From Dehalococcoidia bacterium (lineage in GTDB: Bacteria; Chloroflexota; Dehalococcoidia; SZUA-161): a stretch of 55,597 nt of DNA. The DNA lies in assembly GCA_011174795.1 (NCBI GenBank), contig DUEY01000015.1, positions 1-55,597 on the forward strand, in the 5' to 3' direction. Under the pieces are notes generated by a model that searched no databases, had not been told where the DNA came from, and saw only the letters and a program-made list of their open reading frames with translations. The stretch's first letter is position 1, and every line of letters starts with the position of its first letter. Below are positions 10,701 to 19,477 of the stretch, in pieces. Made by a program: the position numbers and the translations under genes.

Positions 10701-12250
10701 TACTCTGTCTTCTCATCGGGTACGATGCTGGTCTCGTCGCTCACGTAGGACACTGTCTGCTTGAACTCGGCGATGGCCTTTTTCAGCGCCTCCTCGGTAG
10801 TGTCACTGAGCATTTTCTCCGCGGCGATGGCCTTGCCGATATCGGGATGATTGGTCTCCATATATTTGTGGAACGAATCCTCAACGGAACTGATATTGTT
10901 CACGGGCACATCATCGAGGTAGCCGTTGTTTACCGTGTAGAGAATCATCACCTGCTTCGCCATCGGGACGGGTACGTACTGGGGCTGCTTCAGAATCTCG
11001 GTAATGCGCTGGCCGAGGTCAAGCTGCGCTTTGGTCGCCCTGTCGAGGTCGGCGGTGCCGAACTGGGCAAAGGTAGACATCTCACGGTACTGGGCGAGGT
11101 CGATGCGGAGCCTGCCCGTCACCTTTTTCATAGCCTTAGTCTGAGCTGTGCCCCCGACCCTCGATACCGAAAGGCCGACGTTCATCGCTGGCCTAATTCC
11201 GGCGTTAAACAGGTCGGTCTCCAGGTAAATCTGGCCATCGGTGATAGAGATAACATTGGTGGGTATATAGGCTGAGATGTCGTTAGCCTGGGTCTCGATG
11301 ATGGGCAGAGCGGTGAGCGAGCCTCCGCCGTTCTCAGCATTGTATTTAGCTGCCCTCTCGAGCAGGCGTGAATGAAGATAAAATACGTCCCCGGGGTAAG
11401 CCTCGCGTCCGGCGGGACGGCGCAGGAGCAGCGATAGCTGACGGTAAGCCCAGGCGTGCTTGGTGAGGTCGTCGTAGATGACCAGGGCGTCGCGTCCCTG
11501 CTCCATGAACTCCTCGCCCATAGCACAGCCTGCGTAAGGCGCCAGGTACTGCTGGGCTGCGGAGTCGGAGGCGTTGGCCGAGACAATGATGGTATGCTCC
11601 ATGGCCCCGTAGTGCTCCAGTATAGCTACTGTCTGTGCCACCTTGGAGGATTTCTGCCCGATAGCTACGTAGATGCAGATAAGGTCGCCGCCTTTCTGAT
11701 TGATGATGGTATCGATAGCGATGGCGGTCTTCCCTGTGGAGCGGTCGCCGATGATAAGCTCTCGCTGTCCCCGGCCGATGGGGATGATACTGTCGATTGC
11801 CTTGATGCCGGTCTGCACCGGTGTATCTACAGACGTGCGGAGCACTACGTTGGGCGCTACCCGTTCTACGGGGAGGGTTTTCTGGTAATCTATAGGTCCC
11901 TTGCCGTCGATAGGCTGTCCCAGAGCGTTTACCACCCGGCCGATAAGCCCTTCTCCCACTGGCACCTCCACGATTCGTCCGGTGCACCTTACCTCATCCC
12001 CTTCCTTGATCTCGGAATAATCACCGAGCAGGATAGCTCCGACGCTATCTTCCTCGAGGTTGAGCGCCAGCCCTATTACATCGTGGGGAAACTCGAGCAG
12101 CTCGTTGTATTTGACTCCAGAGAGCCCGTGGATATGGGCGATGCCGTCGCCGACCTCTACTACGGTGCCCACGTCTACCGCGGTCACCGTAGCGCCGAAC
12201 TGCTCGATCTGCTGCCTGATAACATGAGCGATGTCTTGAGACCGTGCCAT
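10700..12250 (-). CDS. atpA: F1Fo ATP synthase alpha subunit
   Basis: [29 protein letters not shown]; TAATG overlap with atpG. Confidence 0.99.
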   Translation of the reverse strand: MARSQDIAHVIRQQIEQFGATVTAVDVGTVVEVGDGIAHIHGLSGVKYNELLEFPHDVIGLALNLEEDSVGAILLGDYSEIKEGDEVRCTGRIVEVPVGEGLIGRVVNALGQPIDGKGPIDYQKTLPVERVAPNVVLRTSVDTPVQTGIKAIDSIIPIGRGQRELIIGDRSTGKTAIAIDTIINQKGGDLICIYVAIGQKSSKVAQTVAILEHYGAMEHTIIVSANASDSAAQQYLAPYAGCAMGEEFMEQGRDALVIYDDLTKHAWAYRQLSLLLRRPAGREAYPGDVFYLHSRLLERAAKYNAENGGGSLTALPIIETQANDISAYIPTNVISITDGQIYLETDLFNAGIRPAMNVGLSVSRVGGTAQTKAMKKVTGRLRIDLAQYREMSTFAQFGTADLDRATKAQLDLGQRITEILKQPQYVPVPMAKQVMILYTVNNGYLDDVPVNNISSVEDSFHKYMETNHPDIGKAIAAEKMLSDTTEEALKKAIAEFKQTVSYVSDETSIVPDEKTE

Positions 12251-12288
12251 ATTACCTGCTCCTTTTCCCGCGTTTTACCAGCCTTGCC

Positions 12289-12825
12289 CTATGCCGCCTG
12301 GACAAGCTTCTTTTTCAAAGCCTCCAGCTTTGCCCTGGTGCTGCCGTCGATGAGCTTGTCGCCGACCCTGGCAACGAAGCCGCCGATGATTGCGGGGTCG
12401 ACATCCGTTGCGAGCACTATTTGCTTCCCCGTCATCGTGGCCAGGTGCTGGCTGAGTTTCTCTTTATCTTCCTCGTCGACAGGTATGGCGGTTATAACTC
12501 TGGCATGCTCCAGGCCGTTGTAGGCATCCGCCATACGCTCGTATTCAGCTACTACCCCTTCCAAAATACCGAGTCTTTGCCTCGATACCAGAAGGTAAAC
12601 GAAGTTCAGGGCAAGCTGGCTGAGCCCGGGAAGGCATTTGTCGATAAGCTGTACCTTGTCGCTGAAGTGAATCTTGGGGTCTTCCAGAATGGCCGCCAGC
12701 TCTGGCTCACTCAGGGCTGAGGCGATTGTCTCCAGCTCAGACCGCCACTGCTCCACCGCGTTGCCGTCCACGGCAATCTGAAATACCGCCTGTGCATGCC
12801 GCTTTGCCGAAGCGACCCTCGCCAC
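12289..12825 (-). CDS. atpH: F1Fo ATP synthase delta subunit
   Basis: AKRHAQAVF N-terminus, DPAIIGGFVARVGDKLIDGS. Confidence 0.96.
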   Translation of the reverse strand: MARVASAKRHAQAVFQIAVDGNAVEQWRSELETIASALSEPELAAILEDPKIHFSDKVQLIDKCLPGLSQLALNFVYLLVSRQRLGILEGVVAEYERMADAYNGLEHARVITAIPVDEEDKEKLSQHLATMTGKQIVLATDVDPAIIGGFVARVGDKLIDGSTRAKLEALKKKLVQAA

Positions 12826-13397
12826 TAGTCCTCCTTCTTGAGGTCGGTACTCTCTTTCAACGTTTGCTCGATAAGCTGCCGGTGTGCTTCCTTGTCCAGC
12901 GCCTTGTTGATCACCTTCTCCGCCGCCTGAATCGCTATCTCGACGAACTCCTTGCGCAGCTGGGCGATAGCCTCCTCGCTCTCCGCCTGCATCTCGCTCC
13001 GGGCCCTGGCGACGAGAGCCTCGGCGTCCTGCTTCGCCTGCTGCCGCGCTTCTTCCTTGAGCCGTTCGCCGATCTGCTCCGCCTGGGCTACTATGTCCTG
13101 TCCCTGCTTGCGCGCCTCCGTCAGTTGCTCCTGTACCCGCTGCTCTGTTCTCGCAGTTTCCTCCTTGATGAACTCGGCCTGGTCCATGCTGTCCTTGATT
13201 CGCTTCGAGCGCTCGTCGATTATCCTGGTGACGGGCTTATAGGCGACCAGTAACAGGATACCCAGCAGGAGGCCAAAGGCTATGAACTGCCCGAGGAGGC
13301 CATGCCAGTTCATACCGAGCTCTCCTGCGGCATCGCAGCCGCTGAGCAGCAGCGGTAGGGAGATAATCGTCACGACGAGGCCAATGCGCTGCCTCAC
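12825..13397 (-). CDS. atpF: Fo b subunit with N-terminal lipoprotein-signal-like extension
   Basis: TM GQFIAFGLLLGILLLVAYKP followed by coiled coil; GTG start with AAAGGAG SD; alternative ATG at 13313. Confidence 0.93.
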   Translation of the reverse strand: MRQRIGLVVTIISLPLLLSGCDAAGELGMNWHGLLGQFIAFGLLLGILLLVAYKPVTRIIDERSKRIKDSMDQAEFIKEETARTEQRVQEQLTEARKQGQDIVAQAEQIGERLKEEARQQAKQDAEALVARARSEMQAESEEAIAQLRKEFVEIAIQAAEKVINKALDKEAHRQLIEQTLKESTDLKKED

Positions 13398-13457
13398 TAT
13401 GGAACTCCTTTCGAATACAACGGTTACATACCTTGAATCGGGTGCCGTTACCTCTTG

Positions 13458-13574
13458 TCAGCTTGCTGGCATAAGCAGGACAATGCCCAGTACAATTACG
13501 CCGACAATGGACCCGATGATAAGCACCGATGCCGCCATTATGGCGATGAATGTAGGTAAGCCTTCATCTTGCAT
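13458..13574 (-). CDS. Unannotated 38-aa hydrophobic microprotein inside atp operon (MQDEGLPTFIAIMAASVLIIGSIVGVIVLGIVLLMPAS)
   Basis: AAAGGAGG SD 7 nt upstream of ATG; co-directional; lies between atpE and atpF; about 27-residue hydrophobic stretch. Confidence 0.75.
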   Translation of the reverse strand: MQDEGLPTFIAIMAASVLIIGSIVGVIVLGIVLLMPAS

Positions 13575-13602
13575 AGTTCCGCCTCCTTTGCGTCACGCCG
13601 AC

Positions 13603-13830
13603 CTATAGCATACCGAGGATGATGGCTATAATGAGGGCATAGATCCCGATAGCCTCAGCGAAGGCGATGGAAAGGATCATATTGGTCATGATGGGCCCCC
13701 GGGCCTCGGGGTTGCGCCCCAGAGCCTGCATAGCTCCATACCCCAGGATACCGATACCGACCCCCGGACCGAGAGCACCCAACCCCATAGCCAGTCCTGC
13801 ACCTATCATCTTGGCTGCCTCTGAGTCCAT
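13603..13830 (-). CDS. atpE: Fo c subunit (H+-type)
   Basis: GPGVGIG helix, RNPE loop, AEAIGIY; lacks the Na+ ligands (Q in helix 1, ES/T in helix 2). Confidence 0.97.
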   Translation of the reverse strand: MDSEAAKMIGAGLAMGLGALGPGVGIGILGYGAMQALGRNPEARGPIMTNMILSIAFAEAIGIYALIIAIILGML

Positions 13831-13854
13831 TTTTAACCTCCTTCAGGATTGTAA

Positions 13855-14838
13855 TTAATGCTCGACTTCGTGGGGAGTAACCGCCATGGTGGCGAATACC
13901 AGCGTCAGCCCTCCGAAAATGAGCGCCTGGATAAAACCGAGGAGTGTCTCAAGCCCGTAAAATGGCACGGCAACAAGCCAGGGAATAAGAAAGGCCATCA
14001 TCAGCAGCAGTACCTCCCCTGCGGTCATGTTGCCGAAGAGACGGAAGGTGAAGCTGATGATGCGTATAAATTCGCTGAGCAACTCAACGATGCCGACGAA
14101 GATTTCAATAGAGCCGAAAAAGAGACTACCCATCGCGGACTTTACCCGTCCCCTGAGGAGCAGTACCAGCCCTTGGAGAGGTTGCCTGAACCTGAAGAAC
14201 TTGCCCGCATAGTGGCGAAAGCCTGTAGCGGTGATTCCCCAGTATTCCACGGAGATAAACGAGACCAGCGCCAGCATGAGTGGTACATTGATATCGGTAT
14301 TGGCCGGCCGGAACAGCGCTGTTTCCACTATATGTCCGCTGTATTCCGGGAAAATGGAGCCTGCAATCGAGCTCAAGAGGTTTTCGGAGGTACCGTCATG
14401 CCCCCAGCCGATGACGTTGAATATCGGCAGCAACCCCATCCAGGCGTTGGTGAGGACGTAGAGAAAGATGGTGGCTACAATGGGAAAGAACCGGCGCCCG
14501 TTCTCCCTGCCCGCAACCCCTTCCACGAAATCCAGCATTATCTCGATAATCTTCTCCGCCAGGCCCTGAAGGCGACCGGGTACGAGCTTCATCCTGCGGG
14601 TGGCGAAATAGAAAAGTCCTATAAGCACCAGGATGCTCATGCATGAAGCAATGAGTGTGTTGGTAAAATAGACGGGCCCCAGCTTGAAAAAAGGTTCAGG
14701 GGTGTGGTCGCCTCCGTAGTTGGCGGAAAGGTGGACATCCGGTTCGGGGGTGGGGAAAAAGAGAGCGCCGAGTAGAATGAGCGCGACAACAGCGATGATT
14801 CCAATCGCCAGCTTACTCTTGAGACCTAACCTGGGCAC
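13855..14838 (-). CDS. atpB: Fo a subunit
   Basis: SFTFRLFGNMTAGE with conserved Arg, IQALIF, PANTDIN. Confidence 0.96.
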   Translation of the reverse strand: MPRLGLKSKLAIGIIAVVALILLGALFFPTPEPDVHLSANYGGDHTPEPFFKLGPVYFTNTLIASCMSILVLIGLFYFATRRMKLVPGRLQGLAEKIIEIMLDFVEGVAGRENGRRFFPIVATIFLYVLTNAWMGLLPIFNVIGWGHDGTSENLLSSIAGSIFPEYSGHIVETALFRPANTDINVPLMLALVSFISVEYWGITATGFRHYAGKFFRFRQPLQGLVLLLRGRVKSAMGSLFFGSIEIFVGIVELLSEFIRIISFTFRLFGNMTAGEVLLLMMAFLIPWLVAVPFYGLETLLGFIQALIFGGLTLVFATMAVTPHEVEH

Positions 14839-15080
14839 TAGCTGTTTCCCTCGCCTTTATTTCGATTTTCAGACGTTATCGCTTTCAGTATTCGATAGGT
14901 ACCGAAGAAGGCTACGATCAGCCCGAGGGCCAAACCGAGGAGGATGAATATAACCTCGCTGGTGCTACCATCCAGTTTCTGTCCGACCCAGCGACCGCCT
15001 AGCGTCCCGAGGAGGATACAGGCAGCGATATACCATCCGATCCCTACGATTCTCAGTACTTCCGCCCATCGTTTCCCCAT
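14838..15080 (-). CDS. atpI: AtpZ/AtpI family ATP synthase protein I
   Basis: Two-TM protein (GWYIAACILLGTLGGRWVG) at head of atp operon; ATG 15080 lies downstream of predicted -10. Confidence 0.85.
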   Translation of the reverse strand: MGKRWAEVLRIVGIGWYIAACILLGTLGGRWVGQKLDGSTSEVIFILLGLALGLIVAFFGTYRILKAITSENRNKGEGNS

Positions 15081-15098
15081 AGCCCGCAAGCCTCGCCG

Positions 15099-15128
15099 AT
15101 TATAGCATATGTTGAGATAGGGACTCAA
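15099..15128 (-). promoter_or_regulatory. Putative atp operon promoter TTGAGT-N18-TATAAT (extended TGn -10)
   Basis: Minus strand reads ttgagt...tgcTATAAT 18 nt upstream of ATG 15080. Confidence 0.6.
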
Positions 15129-15189
15129 GCCTTACTGCCTGTCGGCAGGCGATGTAGGGGCGACCCGGAGGGTCGCCCTTGTGGCGGTG

Positions 15190-16011
15190 TCATTCCGCCA
15201 GGCAGTTGATTATCCTGGGGATGCAGTAGCGGGCGATATCGCGCCTGCTGCCCCCGCAGAGTATCGCCACCATCCTTCCCCGGCAGACATCATCCGCTGC
15301 CCGCTTCACGATGCTGGCTATACGGGGGTGACAGTCGGGCGAAAGCCCCTTGCTGCCGTAGTCGCCGCTGGTAGCATCATAGCCGAATTCCCAGAATATA
15401 ATCTCAGGCTTGAACTCGGCGATTCGGGGTGTGAACTCTGTCTCGAGCCTGGCGAGGTATTCCTCATCGGTTACATGGTAGGGGATGGCGATGTCAACGT
15501 TGGTGCCGTTGTCGTAGTTCTGGCTGCAGAGACAGATGTGGAGCACATCTCTGTCGTCCTTGAATATGTCCCTGGTGCCGTCGCCGTGGTGGGAGTCGGT
15601 GTCCAGGATGGCGAACCTTCGCGCGCCGAACTTTTCCCTCAGGCTGGCTATGGCCAGGGCGGCGCCGTTAAAGTGACAGCCGCCGCCGAAGTAGTCCCTT
15701 CCCGCGTGATGATCGCCGGTTCCGGTGAAGACGAAGGCGTTGTCTATCTCTCCCCGCCAGATACTCTCCCCTGCCTGCACCGTGCCTCCCGTCGAGTACA
15801 GCGCCGTCTCGTAGTAGGGCGTCTGTTTCACCCCCTCGATCATACGTGGTGAATGCACCTGGAGCAGCAGTTCCTCGGGGGTCGGTTTCAACTCGTAGAA
15901 GGCTTCGTAGAAATATACGTTGTCCCTGTTCAGTATGCCCTCGAGTTCCTCGGGGAAATCGTTGAGCCTCTCCCCGATGAGGTAGAGGAAGAAAATTCCC
16001 GTTCTCTTCAA
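15190..16011 (-). CDS. Histone deacetylase/AcuC-fold metallohydrolase
   Basis: GDHHAG, DTDSHHGDG and FGYD zinc/catalytic motifs; catalytic Tyr position reads CGGS. Confidence 0.88.
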   Translation of the reverse strand: MKRTGIFFLYLIGERLNDFPEELEGILNRDNVYFYEAFYELKPTPEELLLQVHSPRMIEGVKQTPYYETALYSTGGTVQAGESIWRGEIDNAFVFTGTGDHHAGRDYFGGGCHFNGAALAIASLREKFGARRFAILDTDSHHGDGTRDIFKDDRDVLHICLCSQNYDNGTNVDIAIPYHVTDEEYLARLETEFTPRIAEFKPEIIFWEFGYDATSGDYGSKGLSPDCHPRIASIVKRAADDVCRGRMVAILCGGSRRDIARYCIPRIINCLAE

Positions 16012-16160
16012 CCAGCTTCCTTTTTACGCCCTCTCCTGAGCCGCTTGAGGATGGCGTCCTTATAAACCTGTGCCAGGCCGCGCCCGTGCTGGGGCAAACG
16101 CTCATGCTTCTTCTTGAGCTTCTTCTCGCGGCGTTCCTGCCTGGTCTCTTCGTCCTCCAT
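16008..16160 (-). CDS. Unannotated 50-aa highly charged basic protein (MEDEETRQERREKKLKKKHERLPQHGRGLAQVYKDAILKRLRRGRKKEAG)
   Basis: ATG 1 nt after uvrB stop, AAGGAG SD; its TGA overlaps the TTG start of the HDAC gene (TTGA); fills the gap exactly. Confidence 0.75.
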   Translation of the reverse strand: MEDEETRQERREKKLKKKHERLPQHGRGLAQVYKDAILKRLRRGRKKEAG

Positions 16161-16161
16161 G

Positions 16162-18132
16162 CTATACAAGCTCCTTGCGCAGGTCTACAATCTGATCCCT
16201 GATGAGGGCAGCCTTCTCGAACTCGAGGTTCTTGGCTGCCGTCTTCATCTGTGACTCCAGGCTCTTGATCAGGCGTGCGATCTCGTCCCTGGGGATGGCG
16301 GTGTCAACGGCGTAGGGAGCACGGGTCTCGGCTACGGCCTTGAGCTGGTCGGTTATGCCCTTGATAGCCTTCTTGATGCCCTGGGGGGTGATGTTGTGCT
16401 CCCGGTTATAGGATACCTGGATACTGCGCCTGCGGCTGGTCTCGTCGATGGCGCGCCGCATGGAATCGGTAACCGTGTCGGCGTACATTATAACATGGCC
16501 ATAGATATGGCGGGCGGCGCGGCCCATGGTCTGGATGAGCGCCCCCTCCGACCTCAGGTAGCCCTCCTTGTCGGCGTCGAGGATGGCGACCAGGCTCACC
16601 TCGGGAAGGTCCAGCCCCTCGCGGAGAAGGTTGATACCCACAACGACGTCGTAGACGCCGAGGCGGAGGTCGCGCAGTATCTCCACCCGCTCCAGCGTTT
16701 CTATCTCCGAGTGCAGGTAGTGGGTCTTGATACCCATCTCCCTGAGGTAGTCGGCGAGTTGCTCCGCCATTCTCTTGGTCAGGGTGGTGACCAGGCAGCG
16801 CTCGCCGCGGTCGGTGCGCGTCTTTATCTGGTCGAGGAGGTCGTCTATCTGCCCCTTGGTGGGCTTGACCTCGATGGTGGGGTCCAGGAGCCCTGTAGGG
16901 CGCACCACCTGCTCCACCACCTGGGCGCTGTGCTTATATTCATAGGGGCCCGGTGTCGCCGAGACGTAGACAACCTGGCTTATGTGCTGGTCGAACTCAT
17001 CGAAGTTGAGGGGGCGGTTGTCCAGCGCCGAGGGGAGGCGGAAGCCGTACTCAACCAGAGTCTCCTTGCGGGAGCGGTCTCCGTGGTACATGCCCCTGAT
17101 CTGGGGGATGCTCATGTGGGACTCGTCGATGAACATGAGGAAGTCGTCGGGGAAGTAGTCTAGGAGCGTCCAGGGACGGCTTCCCGCAGTGCGCCGTGCA
17201 AGGTGGCGGGAGTAGTTCTCCACGCCGGTGCAGTAGCCGACCTCGTGCAGCATCTCGATATCGTAGTTGGTGCGAGCCTCCAGCCTCTGCGCTTCGAGCA
17301 GCTTGCCCATGCCCTTGAGCTCGGCGACCCTCTCCTCGAGCTCGGCCTTTATATCCTCGATAGCGGCCATCAGCTTGTCGGAGGAGGTGACGAAGTGCTT
17401 GGCGGGGTAGATGTCTATCTGCTCCCGCTCGGCAAGCAGCTCGCCGGTCAGCGGGTCTATCTCCACGATGCGTTCGATCTCGTCGCCCCAGAACTGTATT
17501 CGAACCGCCAGCTCCTCGTAAGCGGGCTGTATCTCCAGTGTGTCGCCCCGGATGCGGAACCGTCCCCGCGTGAAGTCAATATCGTTGCGCTCGTACTGCA
17601 TGTCCACCAGTTGACGGAGGAGTCGGTCACGGTTTCGTTTCTCCCCCCTTGAGAGGCTCACCACGAAGCTGTAGTACTCGTCCGGGGCTCCGAGGCCGTA
17701 TATACAGGAAACCGACGCTACGATGATTACATCGCGTCTCATGAAGAGTGCGCGGGTGGCGGCGTGGCGCAGCTTGTCTATCTCGTCGTTGATGTCTATC
17801 TCCTTTTCGATATAGGTGTCGGTGCGTGGAATATAAGCCTCGGGCTGGTAGTAGTCGTAGTAGCTGACGAAGTACTCCACGGCGTTATGGGGGAAGAAGT
17901 CCCTGAACTCTGAGCAGAGCTGTGCCGCGAGGGTCTTGTTGTGAGCGAGGACCAGGGTGGGGCGCTGCTCCTGCTCGATGACGTTGGCCATGGTGAAGGT
18001 CTTACCGCTGCCGGTCACGCCCAGAAGCGTCTGCTTCTTATACCCCTGCTGCAGCCCCGCGACCAGCTTCTCCACTGCCTGGGGCTGGTCGCCGGTGAGC
18101 CCGAAATCGGAGTGGATTGTGAATGATGACAT
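16162..18132 (-). CDS. uvrB: Excinuclease ABC subunit B
   Basis: [28 protein letters not shown] beta-hairpin, DESH, C-terminal [12 protein letters not shown]. Confidence 0.99.
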   Translation of the reverse strand: MSSFTIHSDFGLTGDQPQAVEKLVAGLQQGYKKQTLLGVTGSGKTFTMANVIEQEQRPTLVLAHNKTLAAQLCSEFRDFFPHNAVEYFVSYYDYYQPEAYIPRTDTYIEKEIDINDEIDKLRHAATRALFMRRDVIIVASVSCIYGLGAPDEYYSFVVSLSRGEKRNRDRLLRQLVDMQYERNDIDFTRGRFRIRGDTLEIQPAYEELAVRIQFWGDEIERIVEIDPLTGELLAEREQIDIYPAKHFVTSSDKLMAAIEDIKAELEERVAELKGMGKLLEAQRLEARTNYDIEMLHEVGYCTGVENYSRHLARRTAGSRPWTLLDYFPDDFLMFIDESHMSIPQIRGMYHGDRSRKETLVEYGFRLPSALDNRPLNFDEFDQHISQVVYVSATPGPYEYKHSAQVVEQVVRPTGLLDPTIEVKPTKGQIDDLLDQIKTRTDRGERCLVTTLTKRMAEQLADYLREMGIKTHYLHSEIETLERVEILRDLRLGVYDVVVGINLLREGLDLPEVSLVAILDADKEGYLRSEGALIQTMGRAARHIYGHVIMYADTVTDSMRRAIDETSRRRSIQVSYNREHNITPQGIKKAIKGITDQLKAVAETRAPYAVDTAIPRDEIARLIKSLESQMKTAAKNLEFEKAALIRDQIVDLRKELV

Positions 18133-18169
18133 AGTATTTATTTGCAATGTACTGAGGTAGTATTCACCT

Positions 18170-18658
18170 TTATTCCTCTATATCGATCTCTTCGGCGATG
18201 GCGACGCGCTCGATGATGAGCGGGACGTAGTTCACCTGGCGGTTCTCGATAAGCTCGCGTAGCCGCTGCTCGTCCTCGGTGAGGCGGAACCTGCCGGTCT
18301 TGACCTCGATGAAGTCGACGCCCTCTTCGTACCTGATGCCCACGAAGTCGATGGGCTCGCCGAGATAGAAGAGCCTGTCGTACTGGGTCATCTCGAGGGT
18401 GGCGATGAGCTCGTTAAGCTTGCCGGTGCGCTTGCCCAGGCTGGCGGTTATTGACCTCACGACATCTTGGGGCATGCCTGCCAGTATCTCACGCACTTCC
18501 TTGACCGAGTCAGCGGAGGCGAGGGCGAATCGCAGCTTCGCCTCCAGGTTCTCTATATCCGGAACCTCGATTCTCCTCGGCCTGAGCAGCAGGGCTATGA
18601 CAAAGATAAGCAATATCAGCAGAATAATGACCAGCGAAATCAGGACTGTTTCCATCAT
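18170..18658 (-). CDS. Membrane-anchored Holliday-junction-resolvase-like PD-(D/E)xK endonuclease (Endonuc_Holl-like)
   Basis: N-terminal TM; [10 protein letters not shown]...FIEVKTG motif. Confidence 0.8.
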   Translation of the reverse strand: MMETVLISLVIILLILLIFVIALLLRPRRIEVPDIENLEAKLRFALASADSVKEVREILAGMPQDVVRSITASLGKRTGKLNELIATLEMTQYDRLFYLGEPIDFVGIRYEEGVDFIEVKTGRFRLTEDEQRLRELIENRQVNYVPLIIERVAIAEEIDIEE

Positions 18659-18724
18659 CGTACTCCGTATGATTTATTATGAATCGCGGTATTAATCACA
18701 CTTAGTCCCCTGTTAGAAAAGGGG

Positions 18725-19381
18725 CTAGAGGGTGCCCTCGAACATGCCTATGAGCCATTCGGAGGCTAGCAGGCCGACGAAGGCGAATCCGAGCGACTTG
18801 ATGGTCTTGCCCGCCCAGCAGAAGATAAAGAATTTCCAGAGAGGATAGCGGAGAGCGCCGGCGGCGATGGTTGCCAGCTTGATGAAGAAGTTGGGTATCG
18901 CCGAGACGATGAATATGGTGAGGCCACCATGCCGCCTCATCCAGTTTTCTATCTGGGCGTATCTCTTCCATCTGTTGATTGCTATCTGTCCCCCGTAGCC
19001 CGCAGTGTAGCCGGAAAGCTCGCCTATGGGCTCGCCCAGCCCTGCCGCCAGGCCTACCAGGAAGGGATTCAAACCGAAGGCTGCTGCGAGGCCGGCTGCC
19101 CATGAGCCGGGCAGGGGCCATATAGGCGCGGCACTGCCGATGACGCCCATGAGGAATACACCGCCGTACCCTATGGTGCGGGCGTACTCCAGGGGATTGC
19201 TCGGTTTCTGCACGAGTACACCCACCAGTATAATCGCCAGAGCGCCTACGAGCAGCAGCACGATATATTTGAGCTGCTTCGTGCTCCAGAAACCCACCCT
19301 TGACGCGGCAGGCTGACTGTCAGCTACGGCAGGCGGGTTGCCTTCCTGCTCAAGGGGCTGGCCCATATCTTGATAGCTCAT
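18725..19381 (-). CDS. VTT/DedA (SNARE-associated) family membrane protein
   Basis: GLAAGLGEPIGELSGYTAG, FIVSAIPNFFIKLATIAAGALRYP..KFF...WAGKTIK. Confidence 0.85.
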   Translation of the reverse strand: MSYQDMGQPLEQEGNPPAVADSQPAASRVGFWSTKQLKYIVLLLVGALAIILVGVLVQKPSNPLEYARTIGYGGVFLMGVIGSAAPIWPLPGSWAAGLAAAFGLNPFLVGLAAGLGEPIGELSGYTAGYGGQIAINRWKRYAQIENWMRRHGGLTIFIVSAIPNFFIKLATIAAGALRYPLWKFFIFCWAGKTIKSLGFAFVGLLASEWLIGMFEGTL

Positions 19382-19390
19382 TACGAGTTT

Positions 19391-19419
19391 AGACTAAGCC
19401 CTCGTGGGGGGTAAGTCAA
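19391..19419 (-). promoter_or_regulatory. Putative promoter TTGACT-N17-TAGTCT giving a near-leaderless mRNA
   Basis: -10 ends 9 nt before the ATG at 19381; no SD. Confidence 0.5.
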
Positions 19420-19477
19420 GACCACCCCTCTTCAATTTGCGCTGGCAGAAGGGCGAAGCTATAATGATGACTGCTTC

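Noticed and set aside
11456-12523. Long antisense ORFs (355 aa over atpA, 262 aa over atpB, 260 aa over hbd, 255 aa over uvrB, 240 aa over groEL and similar)
   Set aside because: Shadows of well-supported genes caused by GC-rich codon bias; no motifs or SDs
13603-13830. Na+-translocating or N-type ATPase
   Set aside because: The c subunit lacks the Gln and Ser/Thr Na+ ligands; gene order is canonical and delta is present
18132-18170. LexA box upstream of uvrB
   Set aside because: No GAAC-N4-GTTC match
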